64,000 nt of DNA from Cetorhinus maximus (lineage: Eukaryota): contig NC_135897.1 in NCBI RefSeq assembly GCF_964194155.1, positions 50,778,001 through 50,842,000 on the forward strand. The letters run 5' to 3'. This document shows positions 35,540-47,397 of this stretch, piece after piece. Below the pieces are notes generated by a model. That model was not told where the DNA came from and ran no database searches. It saw only the letters and a program-made list of their open reading frames with translations. The first letter of the stretch is position 1. Every line of letters begins with the position of its first letter. The position numbers were made by a program, and so were the translations under genes.

Positions 35540-36678
35540 GAGTGAGGAGTCTCGGGGGAGTGGTGGGCAGGGGAGGGGTGGGTAAGCCATGTTGGGTGTG
35601 CTGGAGTGCTTTGACACTCCTCTTGATTTAAAGGACAGCATTGCTAACTGGCATTATGTCTGTTCGGAACAGCACTAATAGGCTAAAACAAACTGGGTAA
35701 ATATCAGGGAAACAGCCCATGTTAAGGCGCTGACAGGTCCTGAGGGAACCATCACTCCCATGAAGCCATTTCTGGCAAACCGTGAGTTCTGGTTTTGGGC
35801 ATAATACGGCACCTTGGAAGTTCTGATGCCTTTGCGGCCTTAATAGCAGCGAACCTTTCAGCATTTGCCTAAATTGGCTCATGAAGATCTGGGCAAATAT
35901 TTCTTTGTAAGGCTTGGTGTCAAATCTTAGCTGATAATATCTTGTGAAGTGTTGTAAAGAGGTTTTACTACATTCAAGATCTAAGCCCCCTCCCCCACCA
36001 ACTGCCCCCCTATGCCCCCACCCAAACCCCCCAAGCTTTGGATGGCTGCCCTGCAGCCATTTCACACTCTTGAGGAGCCAACTCAATGGGCCTTCTGCAC
36101 CCATCTGGGGAGGAAGACCTGCCTCTGAGAGTTGTTGGCTATCTGATTGGCTGGCAGCTCTCTGCTCCCAGTAACGCCAACGGGAGAGGTGTTCACTCCT
36201 GGAACTGCATCCAGTCCCAGAAAATGAGCCGGGAGGCAGGTGAAAGGTAAACCTGGGATATCTTGCTGGGAGCAGGACAGGCAACCTTGTGGGGTGCGAG
36301 GTGCTAAGACCACAAGACCAGGGGGGAGGGAACACCCAGGGATAGGCAGACCTTGGGGTGGGGCGTCTCATTGGGCCTATCAGAAAAGGAGGTCCGTGAA
36401 GGAGGCACCCACCCCTTTCCTCTCTGAAGCCCAAGCAGTCTAACCTGCGGGGCTTCCTTGCTCCTGTCACTAACCAAAGATCTGGCTAATAATGTTAATT
36501 ATTAATTAAGACCGGGGCAGGAAATGGCCCTTAACTGGTTATTAATTGGCCTCTTAAGGGCATCAATTGAGTCGAGGGTAAATGGGGATGGATGGATAGG
36601 CTGCAGGAAAATCACCTCCAGAACTTTATGGATGCCCCAGCCTGTTAAGCCACCCATAGGGGACCATAAAATTCTGCC
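35540..36678. mobile_element. Cluster of Harbinger-like MITE pieces interleaved with L2 fragments
   Basis: GC-rich blocks ending gaagatctgggc (~35894) and ccataaaattctgcc (36678); L2 tail at 35895-35975. Confidence 0.55.
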
Positions 36679-36758
36679 TATAAATTTTCTACTGCATATA
36701 CTTTCAAAAATTCCAAATGGTAGCAACCATTTGGCCCTATTGTGCATTGGTGTGTTTC

Positions 36759-36902
36759 GGTGTCAGCTGTGGCTCAGTTCATAGCACCCTTGCCTTTGAA
36801 TCAGAAGGTTGTGGGTTCATGTCCCACTCCCGGAAACCAAGAACTGTGAATGTACTCGAAAGAGTTACAATCTGTGACTGTTGATAACTCGAAAGGGTTA
36901 CA
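36759..36902 (+). mobile_element. Short tRNA-derived SINE with double GAAA-hairpin tail, copy 2
   Basis: 7 mismatches in 144 nt against 25590-25733; no TSD seen. Confidence 0.88.
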
Positions 36903-37343
36903 CTAAGAATTTCTACACAATATGGGACTATTTTTATTACACATCAAAGTCATGGACCTAGGCTAGTATTTGAGATATAAATAGAATCATAAAATGAAAA
37001 TGCTTTGCCATATATTTGAAATGTAATGTTTCTTAAAGTCAGCAGCTTTTTTGTTTTGCATTTAATGTCTTTTCACAATGTTGTAAGTGAAAACAAGGGC
37101 TTTTTCAGAAATATACTTTCAAACTTACTATAAACTGAAACTATACTATAAAACTTGCATTATTTGTTTCCTATATCTTATGCTCACAGTATTATGTACT
37201 GTAGTTTCCACTCTAAACTAATCCTTTTCTCTCTCCTTTTCTGTATCTCCATCTTTTTGTATGATCACTGTTCCATATTCATCCTTCCTGAACTGGATTT
37301 CCACACTGAGTGTCTATTCTCTTCTAAATCAATCCTGTCACAG

Positions 37344-37396
37344 CAGTATGAACAGACATGTGATGTCAGAAAGTGCTTGCAGTAATACTTATTGAT
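37344..37396 (+). other. Candidate alternatively spliced exon with stops in all frames
   Basis: actaat at ~37218, long pyrimidine tract, cagcag tandem acceptor, gtaagt donor at 37397; repeat-free context. Confidence 0.35.
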
Positions 37397-37919
37397 GTAA
37401 GTACACCTCTATCCTTATAAGCTGTATGCATTAATTGATTTAACAAATGTAACTTGTAAAATAAAAAGTATGAACATTATGTAGTTGGGATGAGGGAAGT
37501 TTAATCTACTTTAAATTAACATTTTTTATGATATGCCTGTTTTTGGATTAGAAAATAAAATTCCAACACACTTGTTTTGCTCCATAATTCTTGTACTTTT
37601 GAAAATGTTTAGGTAAGCTACGTTCAAGATTATAATTATCTGAAGATAGATATGAGAAAGAAATTAATTAACATTATTAGCCAGACCTTTCAAACGTGGC
37701 AATATGGCATTTCAGTTTAGATGATTTGGAATTTATGTGCAACTTTCCTTCAGACTTATTTTTCATGTACTGCAGAATATTATGTGGCAGGATGCTTATG
37801 AATGGTAACCTGCTATATAGCCAAAGGGACCACAGCACACATGATAGATTTTGAACATAGAAGGCATTATCATAAGAACATTATATCATGGTCAACTCCT
37901 CTTCAAGTATGTCAAGTAT

Positions 37920-38520
37920 GTAAGTGATTTAATCATCTTCTCTGGGTCCTTTCATGACCAAAGAGTCCAAAGCGGGATTGGCGTGGACATCCATAGAACA
38001 GGTGGTTCATATTGTCGCTGTTGGTACTTTGGGGAACTTCTGCATCCATGCCACCTCTGGCCTTCCTTTCCTCTAAGGTACATTAAACATTGCAAGTTCG
38101 GCATAGATGGTCTTCAAAACACACTGAACTATGCTTCAGTGCCTGCCTCCATATGGGTTGGCTGACATCAGTGTTTTCCCAAGACAGGAAGTCAGCAATG
38201 CAATTTGTAAGGCTCTTTTTTTAGGGAGTCCTTGTATCGTTTGTCCTGACTAGCTTGATGTCATTTGTCCTGACACAGTTGCCCATAAAAAATCTGCTTG
38301 GGGATCCTGTACCCAATCACATGGGAGACTTGGTCTGTCCATCCAAATTGAATTTTATGGAGTGTGGTCAACATGCTGTTGAGTCCAGCACAATGAAGGA
38401 CCTCGTTGATTGTGATTTTGTCCTGTCATCAAATTCTAATGATGGATCTCAAGTGCCTTTGGTTCTAGAACTTTGATGTATATCTGCCCATAGCAGACCT
38501 AGGATTCTGTGGCATGAAAG
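37920..38520 (-). mobile_element. RTE (BovB-like) LINE 3' fragment
   Basis: Minus strand RIPKQIF.GQL...GQ.RYKDSL, typical RTE C-terminus. Confidence 0.75.
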
Positions 38521-39191
38521 CATACTAACACTTATGTAGAAAGCTCCCAACGTGTCTCAGAGTTGGAAATTAAACTGGATGCTGGGCTGAATAAGCAGTT
38601 AACAGGGGAGGTGACTATCGGCTTGATCCAAGAGATGAACTTTAAAGAAGATCTTAAAGGGGATAATAGAGTCATTAGGGGACAGAACAAGGCCATTCAA
38701 CCCGTCAAGTCCATATCAGCCATCTGTAGAGCAATCCAGTCAATTCTAAACCCCTGTCCTATTCCCTTAGCCCTGCAAGCTTATTTCCTTCAAATGTCCA
38801 TTCAGCTTCCTTTTGAAATCATTGATCACCTCCATCACACTCATAGTCAGTGAATTCCAGATCACTACCACCTGCTATGTAAAAAAGCTCTTCCTCGTGT
38901 TCCCCCGCATCATTTGCCCAAACTGTGTCCCCTAGTCCTTGTATCATTAACTATTGGGAACAGCTTTTCTTTGTCTAATCCTGTCATAATTTTCTACATA
39001 TCTATCAGATCTCCCCTCAACCACCTTTACTCCAAAGAGAACAGCCCCAGCTTCTCCAAATCTAACCTTGTAGCTAAACTTTCTCATCCCTGGAACTATT
39101 TTGGTAAGCCTTCTCTGCATCTTTCCAAGGATTTTCAAATTCTTCCTAAATTGTGGTGTCCAGAACTGGACACAAAACTCTAGTTGCGGCC

Positions 39192-39425
39192 TGTAGTAAT
39201 TATGGTTTTGGGAAACGTTGGACTGAAGCTTTAAGAGTAATCCTGTGATGTGAGATCATATGATCTGTGTAAACCAATGTGTTAACAGCATGGGGAACCT
39301 CTACAGAGAGGACAGTACTTCTTAGTTGTGGAGTTTGCTGAACGTGTGTAATTGCTACTGCTGTCTTGTAAATAAAGCCAAATGTTTCCACTAAGAATTG
39401 TTGCCTGAAGATCAACTCTATAACA
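39192..39425 (+). mobile_element. Solo LTR, 234 bp
   Basis: tgtagta...tataaca; aataaa at 39370; 4-bp TSD ggcc/ggtc inside the CR1. Confidence 0.8.
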
Positions 39426-39639
39426 GGTCTAAACTAACTACTCTCTCAATATGTCCTGCCACTTTCAAAAATCAATGCAAATGAACCACTGGTCCCTCTG
39501 TCCCTGCACACTCTTTGGAACTTTGCCATTAAGTGTATGTTGCCTCTCCCTATCCCTCCTGCTATAATGCATTGCCTCACACTTTTTTGTATCAAATTTA
39601 ATCTGCCATTTATCTGCTGAGAATGGTGGAGGCCCATGA

Positions 39640-39910
39640 GGCTCAAGATGGGTAGAGGAATAGGGAAAACACAGGAGGCTGAAATTGGAGGAATGGAGAG
39701 ATTGCAGAGATGAAGAGAAATTAGGCTTTGGAGGGGTTTAAACAAGGGATTGAGAATCTTAAAGTTGAGCCAGTGGACCATGAACTAATGAACTGTAGGT
39801 CAGCAAGGACAGAACTTTATATGGTCAGCAAGATAAGATTTTGGATGAAGTACAGTTCATAGAGAATGGGGAGAACATTGTTAAACAGCATTGACAAGCT
39901 CTTTTGTGGT
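39640..39910 (-). mobile_element. L2 fragment
   Basis: VHWLNFKILNPLFKPLQSL...LCNL. Confidence 0.7.
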
Positions 39911-40994
39911 TAGAGTTAAGGAAAATTGTTCTGCAAAGTAATAGGACCAAGTTATGAAATGAGAAAACATCATTCAGCCTATTGAGCCTATTCCCACTGC
40001 AGATCATACACAATTTGTCTCATCATGTCAAACCAAACTCTCAATAAGTCTGACCTTCCAGCTCTAATAGTCTCACTCCTGCCACTCCTCTCAATGGTTG
40101 GCTACTGTTTACTCCTCTTCCGTTGCACATTTTCTCATAGTTACTATTTTGCAATCGGGTGTCAGATTTTTTATTCAAATGTATGTGACTACTTTTATTC
40201 AAATTAAAAATAATCTGCCATTCCTTAGCTCATCCCTTTACTTTGTCAAGATCTTCTAAATATTTTCAATTTGCTTATGTTAGTCATCCAACCACATAAA
40301 TTTGTGGCTAAGTCCTGAATTTCCACCAGGACGGAGAGGGTCTCTGGCTTGGCCAGAATGGCTCCAGAGCCCCGATTCCAGAAGTCCCGCCCCCAAAGCT
40401 GGCACCCACCATTTTTGCTGGGAGGTGATTAATGGGGAGGGACTGTGCTTTGGACATGCAGGGTTTATGGAGGCAGCCGCACATAAAGCTGCAGCTGCTT
40501 TCGGTCAGATGTGACTTTTGTCAGCAAGCAATGTGAAATACGATCTGTGGGCTTTACACTTTTCAGGAGAAGGTTTAAACTTACTGGAGTTCTTTTGGAG
40601 ATGTAGGGTACCCCGTTGGAGAGCTCAAGACCCCTTTAGGAGTTGCAACAACTGCCACACAGTTCAAAAAAATCAATCACGCGTGTGTGGCTGACACCCA
40701 AGGGAACTGGAGGGTGGAGCCAATGCCCTTAGAAGAGCAAAGGTTTTTGCCCTAGTGACCCAGGCACCCAGCTGGCAGGAAGGAGAGTGTGCCAGAGAAA
40801 GAAGCAGTGCATATTATGCCAAAGAGGAGCCAAAATGGGGATGGCACCTTCACACATTCACGCCATAGAGGCAAGCGGACATGACCAATGTGAGGCCAGG
40901 CGGAGCACACCAGGACAGGCGCTATAGCCAGCGCTGCGGGCTCCAGGAAGGAGGAGTAGGAAGACAACCAGGTATTACCCTGACGTTAAGGTCT

Positions 40995-41345
40995 GTTGAC
41001 ACGTAGGTTATTTCTCAAAATGATTGAGGGACAATGTAGAAGGCGGCTAAGGTTAAGCCAGAAATTGGCCGCCAACATATGTGGCACTATCCAACAACAC
41101 CTGGAACCACAGCCTGTCAATCCTCATACCCTGCCAGTGCCTCGCAAGGTCACCTGAATTTTTATGCAGCCAGCTCTTTCCAGGGCTCAGCAGGAGACTG
41201 CTGTGGAATTTCACAGCCACACACAACTATATCAGGGCAGTCACTGATGCCCTCTTGGGTGAGGGGCAGCACATTAACTTCCCAAAGGGGATTGCATTAT
41301 TAGCAGGATTTTCTCAGGTACAGGAGGCTATGGATTTCACCACTA
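40995..41345 (+). pseudogene. HARBI1-like Harbinger transposase remnant
   Basis: QCRRRLRLS...LNFYAASSFQGSAGDCCGISQ...IRAVTDALL...INFP...AGFSQVQEAMDFT (degenerate GAIDCT), frameshifted. Confidence 0.85.
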
Positions 41346-41375
41346 TGCAGTGCACCTACTTAGTTGACTACATAA

Positions 41376-41710
41376 GGGGGAGGTGGTGGCATAGTGATAT
41401 TGTCACTGGACTGGTAATCCAGAGACCCAGGTTAATGCTCTGGGGACCCGGGTTTGAATCCCACATGGAATTTGAATTCAATAAATACCTTGAATTAAAA
41501 GTCGAATGATGGCCATGAAACCATTGTCAATTGTTGTAAAAACCCATTTGGTTAATGGGTAATTAAGGTAATTTCTTTCCTTTAGGGAAGGAAATCTGCC
41601 ATCCTCACCTGGTCTGGCCTACATGTGACTCCAGACTCACAACAATGTGGTTAACTCTTAAAAATGCCCTCTGACCAAGGGCATGGGCAATAAATGCTAG
41701 CCAGCAACAT
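41376..41710 (+). mobile_element. tRNA-derived SINE sharing its tail with the CR1/L2-group LINE
   Basis: A box tggcatagtg, B box ggtttgaatcc; tail gggcaataaatgctagccagc as at 1260-1290. Confidence 0.85.
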
Positions 41711-41837
41711 TAGACTTTTAATTCCAGACTTTTCTTGAATTCTGCTGTGGCGGGATTCGAACCTGGGTCCCCAGGGCATTACCCTGGGTTTCTGGGTTAC
41801 TAGTCCAGCAACAATACCAGTACGCCATCACCTCCCC
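41711..41837 (-). mobile_element. 5' part of the same SINE family, opposite orientation
   Basis: gggattcgaacctgggtccccag...actagtccag...cgccatcacctcccc. Confidence 0.85.
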
Positions 41838-42149
41838 TATATCCTAATTACCCGTGGCCTCGCAGTCCAACCCCCAGACAGGGCCATCTCACTGAAGCTC
41901 TTGGCCCTCTTCATCTGCAAGCACAACATAACCTAATGTTAGCTTAATTTATAGTGCTGCTAGGGAGAAATGTCTTGAATGTGTCAATGCATCACAATGT
42001 TCACTGACATCTCTACTGTGTGCTCCTAAAGGAGTAGCTTAGATATACAAACTCCTATGCTAATAGCAGAGCTCTGTGCCAGCTCTCACATCCTAGGTGC
42101 AACATTCAGATGAGAACCATCACTTGGACCTCTGTGTGCTTGTGCTGAA

Positions 42150-42370
42150 CAACTCATCTTGCCTGAATGCAGCAGGTCATAGAACCTCTTTCTACACTGC
42201 ATCCGCGATCTTCTATGGCCCCCTGTTGTGTTCACAGTGGCTGATATATCTTGCCAGGCCTTCTTTGTGGTTGCAGACGGGTTATGGTACAATATTTTTT
42301 TCCATCTCTGGGCCTCCTCCACCAGTATCTGGAGGTCCTGGTCACTGAAGCACATTGCAACACCACTCAT
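42150..42370 (-). pseudogene. Harbinger Myb/SANT-like DNA-binding protein remnant
   Basis: FSDQDLQILVEEAQRWKKIL...KKAWQDISATVN...RSRMQCRKRFYDL. Confidence 0.85.
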
Positions 42371-42940
42371 TACTTTTCCACTCTCTCCTTAGTGAGACGT
42401 TGTGGCAGGAAACAATTAAAACAAAAAGGCTGCTAAAGTATCCAGCTTTGAATAGTCTCCCACGCTTTTCTGTGCATGCATACCCTAATCATGTTCTCTA
42501 TCTTATCAATGATGCTGTCATTGGTTGTGTGTGTGGTAACTAGATCTGTACAAATGCATGGTAGCCTGGATTTTATTGATGTCACCCAGATGGCATGATG
42601 TGCTCCCCACCACAAACTATCATACTGGATTACTCCCTCTGAATCACGCTGCTGTGTCATGACAGCGTTTAGCTGTGAAGGACCTTGGCAATGGTCAATT
42701 GAGTGAGCACACTTGAAGATCAGTGGCAAGAGAGTAGGTGTATGGGCAAAGGATTGTGGCAAATGTGGTGTGTATCAGACATCCCCTGAGGCATAATAGT
42801 CATCTGCATCAATGAAGAATATCGTGAGCAGCTAATGGTGCCAATTCTGTGTCTTGTGACTCTTTTCTATTCTTAATGTGATTGAGTGTACTCCTTCATT
42901 ACCATGTGAACAGACAGAAGCAATTACTATTTTTTCCTAT

Positions 42941-44148
42941 TGTTACAACCGGCGAGGACATATGTCAGAACTTGCCCTTTCGTTCCCACTCCTTGATTGA
43001 TCGTAACAGGGTTTTTTGTAATGTATAGGGTTGAAGGTATTAATTGAAAGTCTGTGCTTAACCATTTACATTCTGATTGCAAAGAACTCAGTCCAACAGG
43101 CTTCCCTGAATTTAAAACAAAAAGGGGTTAGTTTTTATTGAGCTAACAACCCAGCCAGGCAAAGCTATAAAGATATTTAAAAACATAAACCCTCATGCTG
43201 ACCTTTGCAACTCAAACAGATGCACAAGCCTGCAAAATTACAAGTTATACAGTAGGAGGTTGCATTTTGGCCAAATTAAAATTGAATGATAAAAGGCAAA
43301 AATTAGAGAGCTCACTGTTTGAGTCCTCTGTTGGTATCCGTGGCTGAGGCAGAATTTTTCCACAACTTGAGTTGAAGCCGATGTAAACTGCAATTTCTGG
43401 AATAGTCTCTTTTTTTAAACGTAAACCGTCTTTTCCTAAATTCGATGATTTTTTGCACCTGATGTTCCTTTCGTTTGAAAATTCTCTTTCTGTGATGGGC
43501 TTCAAACTGTAACAGAGATAGTTTCCTGAACTTGAGAGCGAGGGGAGACAGGACTGGTGTTCCCATTCCCTCGGCAGATTTCTTCCAGACCCCTTTTAGT
43601 AGCCTGGGTGCTGTTAGAAGACATTTCATAATGATTATTCTAGTCACATGGCCTCTCTCCTTGTAGTAATTTCAGAAGGCAATTGATTAGCTCATGTCTG
43701 GATAGACCTCGGTTATTGTTATGACCTAGGTGATTAGATTCTTTAAAGTCCCAGCCATTAGCTCCTGAATGATCCATCCTCCATTTCAATGAGGTAGGAA
43801 GGACACCTATATAGCCATTGTCCTGGTAGACTTTCTGCCTCCGCTTGAGAGGTAGCTTTATAGAAATGCAAATGGTGAGGATCAGTACAGTTTCAGTAAA
43901 ATTTTGAAGTAATTCTTGACATCAACAGATGTGAAATTCCATAGGAGGTTGTCTTGTCATGACTTAATTGTAATTCACATAAAAACTTCCTGAAACTGGC
44001 CAATTTGTAACACCAGATAATCTGTGGCAGCCATCTTAAGTCAGTATCTTTGCTTGCTTTTTAATAGTTCTTTTAAAGCAGTTCAATATATATTTGACCA
44101 ACCTATGAAATTAAAGATTAATATCACACATGCCACATCATCGTAACA
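42941..44148. mobile_element. Probable solo LTR, ~1.2 kb
   Basis: Termini tgttac...gtaaca; no matching TSD. Confidence 0.6.
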
Positions 44149-44559
44149 TTAGGATAGGCCATCTGTTCCAGTGTCATCAATCAGTTGGACAACCATTACA
44201 ATTTGCATTCACCTGACTACTCAATGATGTTTCCACAAAGGCACTGCAGCACCACCATCAACTTCCTGCCTCACACTGGACCTCCTTACCAGCCTGCTTT
44301 TCATTCACGATTGAGGTGCCCAACCCACGCTGGGCCTGCCTCTGCCTCTCCAATATTTCTGGGGTCAGCGGGCCTGAATCGTGTTGCACCACCCACCGCC
44401 CCCCAGCCCACCGCCCACCGGAGTTGGGTTTGCAGAGTCAGGACTCTGTGAGCCAGGACTCTGTTGTGAGAGCGCAAATCCAGGTCTAATTTGCTAAGGC
44501 TGCTGATTCTGCCCCCTTCTCTGAGGCTACTCTAATGTTCACACAGAATCTTTGCATCC

Positions 44560-44830
44560 TTGATAAAGCACGCAAGTGATGAAAAGGCAGAGTGGTTTAG
44601 GAGTGGGTTTATTAAAGAACTGGGCCGTGACAACTGAGCCAAAAATCTGCTGCCAAAAGAGGAGTGGAGAGGATGAACAATGGATAAGAGGCTGGAGTCA
44701 GAGAGTCTTGATGTGGAAGATATATGAATGGATGGATAAGTGTACATTGGTAGAATGGACCCAAGGGGAGTCTTAAAGGAAAGAGTAAGGATTTTAAATT
44801 TGAGCCAATAAAGATTTGGAAGTTCAAGGT
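44560..44830 (-). mobile_element. L2 fragment
   Basis: LYWLKFKILTLSFK. Confidence 0.65.
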
Positions 44831-45507
44831 AGAAAAGTGACCAATTATTAATCAAAGTACACCTGTTTTACTTTGAGGTATCCAAGTAACAAATGCAGCT
44901 ATTATGCAAAAACATTGGAGACATAACTAAAGGTGGAAAACATCATCGTTATCCTTTCAACTTGTTCCAGTCAGGAGTCAAGTATAGTTTTTCAGAGAAA
45001 AATCTAATTTCCATCTGAATTCTTCTTAATTTATTTCATTCACACTTTGATTCAATTGAACTGGTGCCTTATTGCATTTGATGGTACGTAGCTGAAGACA
45101 ACTTTAATCTGAAATAGGTTCAGTTTGTTATTTTCATAATTCTTTTTAAATTTAAATATAAGTGCTGGAAGTTTTCTTGAAGCTTCTCATGTTTCACCCT
45201 GTTTTACACATGCAAACTGAATTTCCTCTAAACTTTCACCAAAGTTGGTGCAGGAGCAAGAAACCATGATGAAATATCCAGTACGGGACGAATCCAAAAA
45301 TCATTTTGATTACTCTTAAAGTAAAGAGTTCCATATTTTGAACCCGTGCTTCTCATTTCCACTGCACAACATCTGTGATTTTTTTAAAACAAAGTATAAA
45401 TGTATTTTTGACGTTATTTTCTTGCCACAATATTATTGATATTGTCCACCTTTAACTCTGCACCTACTATTAATTCTTCAAATCTTTACATGCTATGGAG
45501 AGCTATT

Positions 45508-45629
45508 GGGCGGAATTTTACGGCCTCGTTGCAGGCAGGGCTGGAAAAAGTGGTGAGCCATTCAAATGTCCATTGACTTCAGTGTGACTGGAAGATCCCG
45601 CTGATGTGAGGGGCAGTAAAATTCTGCCC
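45508..45629. mobile_element. 122-bp Harbinger-like MITE
   Basis: TIRs gggcggaattttac / gtaaaattctgccc; TSD ATT. Confidence 0.88.
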
Positions 45630-46289
45630 ATTGAGTGCGTGGCTAGTTTTCCTTAACTTGCCTGAGTTTAAGAACATTGGAACTTTTTATCTTGCTTCGC
45701 AATTCTGTAATAGCATTGCAAGTCTGGGAACAGTTGCTTCCATTGCAAGCTGTTTACATTGCCTCCAGTTGATGGTTATCTTCAACTCACTTTCATCTTT
45801 TGATTGTTAGCTCAAGTAAAAACATTAAAAAATCACAGCTCTAAGCTATTCTTTTAAGAAGCTTCTGTCAAAACCCACACTTTAAGCTGTAAAAATGAGA
45901 GAGAACATTTAAATAATTAGGTTTTGGAAATGGCAATGGGAATGTTGTGAGCATAGCTTAGCCCTTGATGTTTTAGCTTTATTTTATATTTTCTGGATAC
46001 ATTTGCATGTGAATAAAGAAAAGCTATTAATGAGGAATGTTGATGTTAAAAGAAAGAATCTTCTATTAGTTTACTATATTTTAATTCTATCATGCTGATC
46101 GAAATCAACATTTTTTTGTATATTCTATTGGTCAGTAACCTAATATTAACGTGTCACCCAAATAACTCCAAGAGATATCGTGCAATTTTAGCTAAGCTTT
46201 TCACAACTGATTGCCTTTCATATGTGCATACTTCCAATTCCAATCGCAACACTCTTTGAACAATCTAAATTTTAATCGGGCAGAACCCA

Positions 46290-47072
46290 CATCCTGAAGC
46301 AACTCCAATTTTAATTGCTCCACAATTGACAGCTGTGCCTTCAGCTGACAAGGCGCTAAACTCTTAGGGATCCGCGCTAATACCCCCTTGTGCGGCTTGG
46401 TGTTAAGCTTTTGTTTTATAATGCTCCTGAGAAGGGGATATTTTGGTTAAAAGCAGTTTAGAAGTACATCCGATTAGGCACTTTACAGTCTTCCGGACTC
46501 AACATTGAGTTCAACAACTTCAGATCATGAACTCTCTCCTCCATCCTCACCCCCTTTTTGATCCCCTTTTTTCTAATAATTATTATATATATATATTTTT
46601 TTCTTTTCCTATTTCTATTATTATTTCTAAAATTTATTTCCATCCATTGTTTTATCTCCACCTTTTAGCCCATTTCGATCCCTTCCCCCCACCGCACCCC
46701 CACTAGGGCTATCTGTCACTTGCACATCCTGCTTTCTACCCTTAATGTCACCATTAGCACATCCTATAGCTAATATCACCACTGTCAACACCACTTTGTC
46801 TTTTTGTTTATGACATATTTGGCAATCTCTCCTTTGCCTCCATCTATCACTGGCCCTCTATCCAGCTCCACCTATCCCACCCCGATCAAACAGCTTATAC
46901 TTCACTACATTTCTTATTCCTCTGAGTCATATGGACTCGAAACGTTAACTCTGTCTTCCTTTCCACTGATGCTGTCAGACCTGCTGAGCTTTTCCAGCAA
47001 TTTTTGTTTTTGTTTCAGATTTCCAGCATCCGCAGTATTTTGCTTTTGTCTTAGAAGTACAAGTTGTTGTTG
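46290..47072 (+). mobile_element. L2 3' tail split by a PLE
   Basis: gctgtgccttcagctg...ataatgctcctg; tail caagttgttgttg at 47060-47072. Confidence 0.75.
46469..47050 (+). mobile_element. PLE 3' end
   Basis: RLGTLQSSGLNIEFNNFRS; UTR; terminal repeat with hammerhead core deleted; TSD ttagaagtaca (46458-46468, 47051-47061). Confidence 0.92.
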
Positions 47073-47397
47073 AAGCATTTCTGTGATACCAACTGTATCT
47101 CATTGCTGTTGAAATAGCCCCATTTATATTTTGGGCCACTTGCTGAAGAAACTGGATCTATATTAAAAAGACTGCGCATGTGCAAGCTGGTTTTGTGACA
47201 GTAACCTGCACCTGTGGCTGCAACCTAAAACGTAACAAGAGCAAAGTTGCCTCCCGGCCATGAGTACTTAAAATTTATGATGCCACAATGATATCACTTG
47301 CGGTCCTAAGGAATGCCAAAATCACCGCCATTCATTAAGGAGGGAACTAAACACACGCTCTGCAGAGCTACAGAGATTGATTTAAAGAATTGCCAGC

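Larger units (their letters stand above)
38665..40275 (-). mobile_element. CR1 LINE in pieces (about 38665-39191, 39426-39620, 40010-40275)
   Basis: MQRRLTKIVPGMRKFSY; CR1 tail at 38665-38720. Confidence 0.8.
40312..44486. mobile_element. Decayed two-ORF PIF/Harbinger transposon with nested SINEs and LTR
   Basis: TIRs gtcctgaattt / aaatccaggtc; TAA on both sides (40309-40311, 44487-44489); transposase (+) and Myb (-) remnants inside; could be a composite of two elements. Confidence 0.75.

Noticed and set aside
35628-36470. Longest ORF in the track (280 aa) as a gene
   Set aside because: Spans GC-rich MITE pieces and an L2 tail, has no domain motif, and is probably open by composition.
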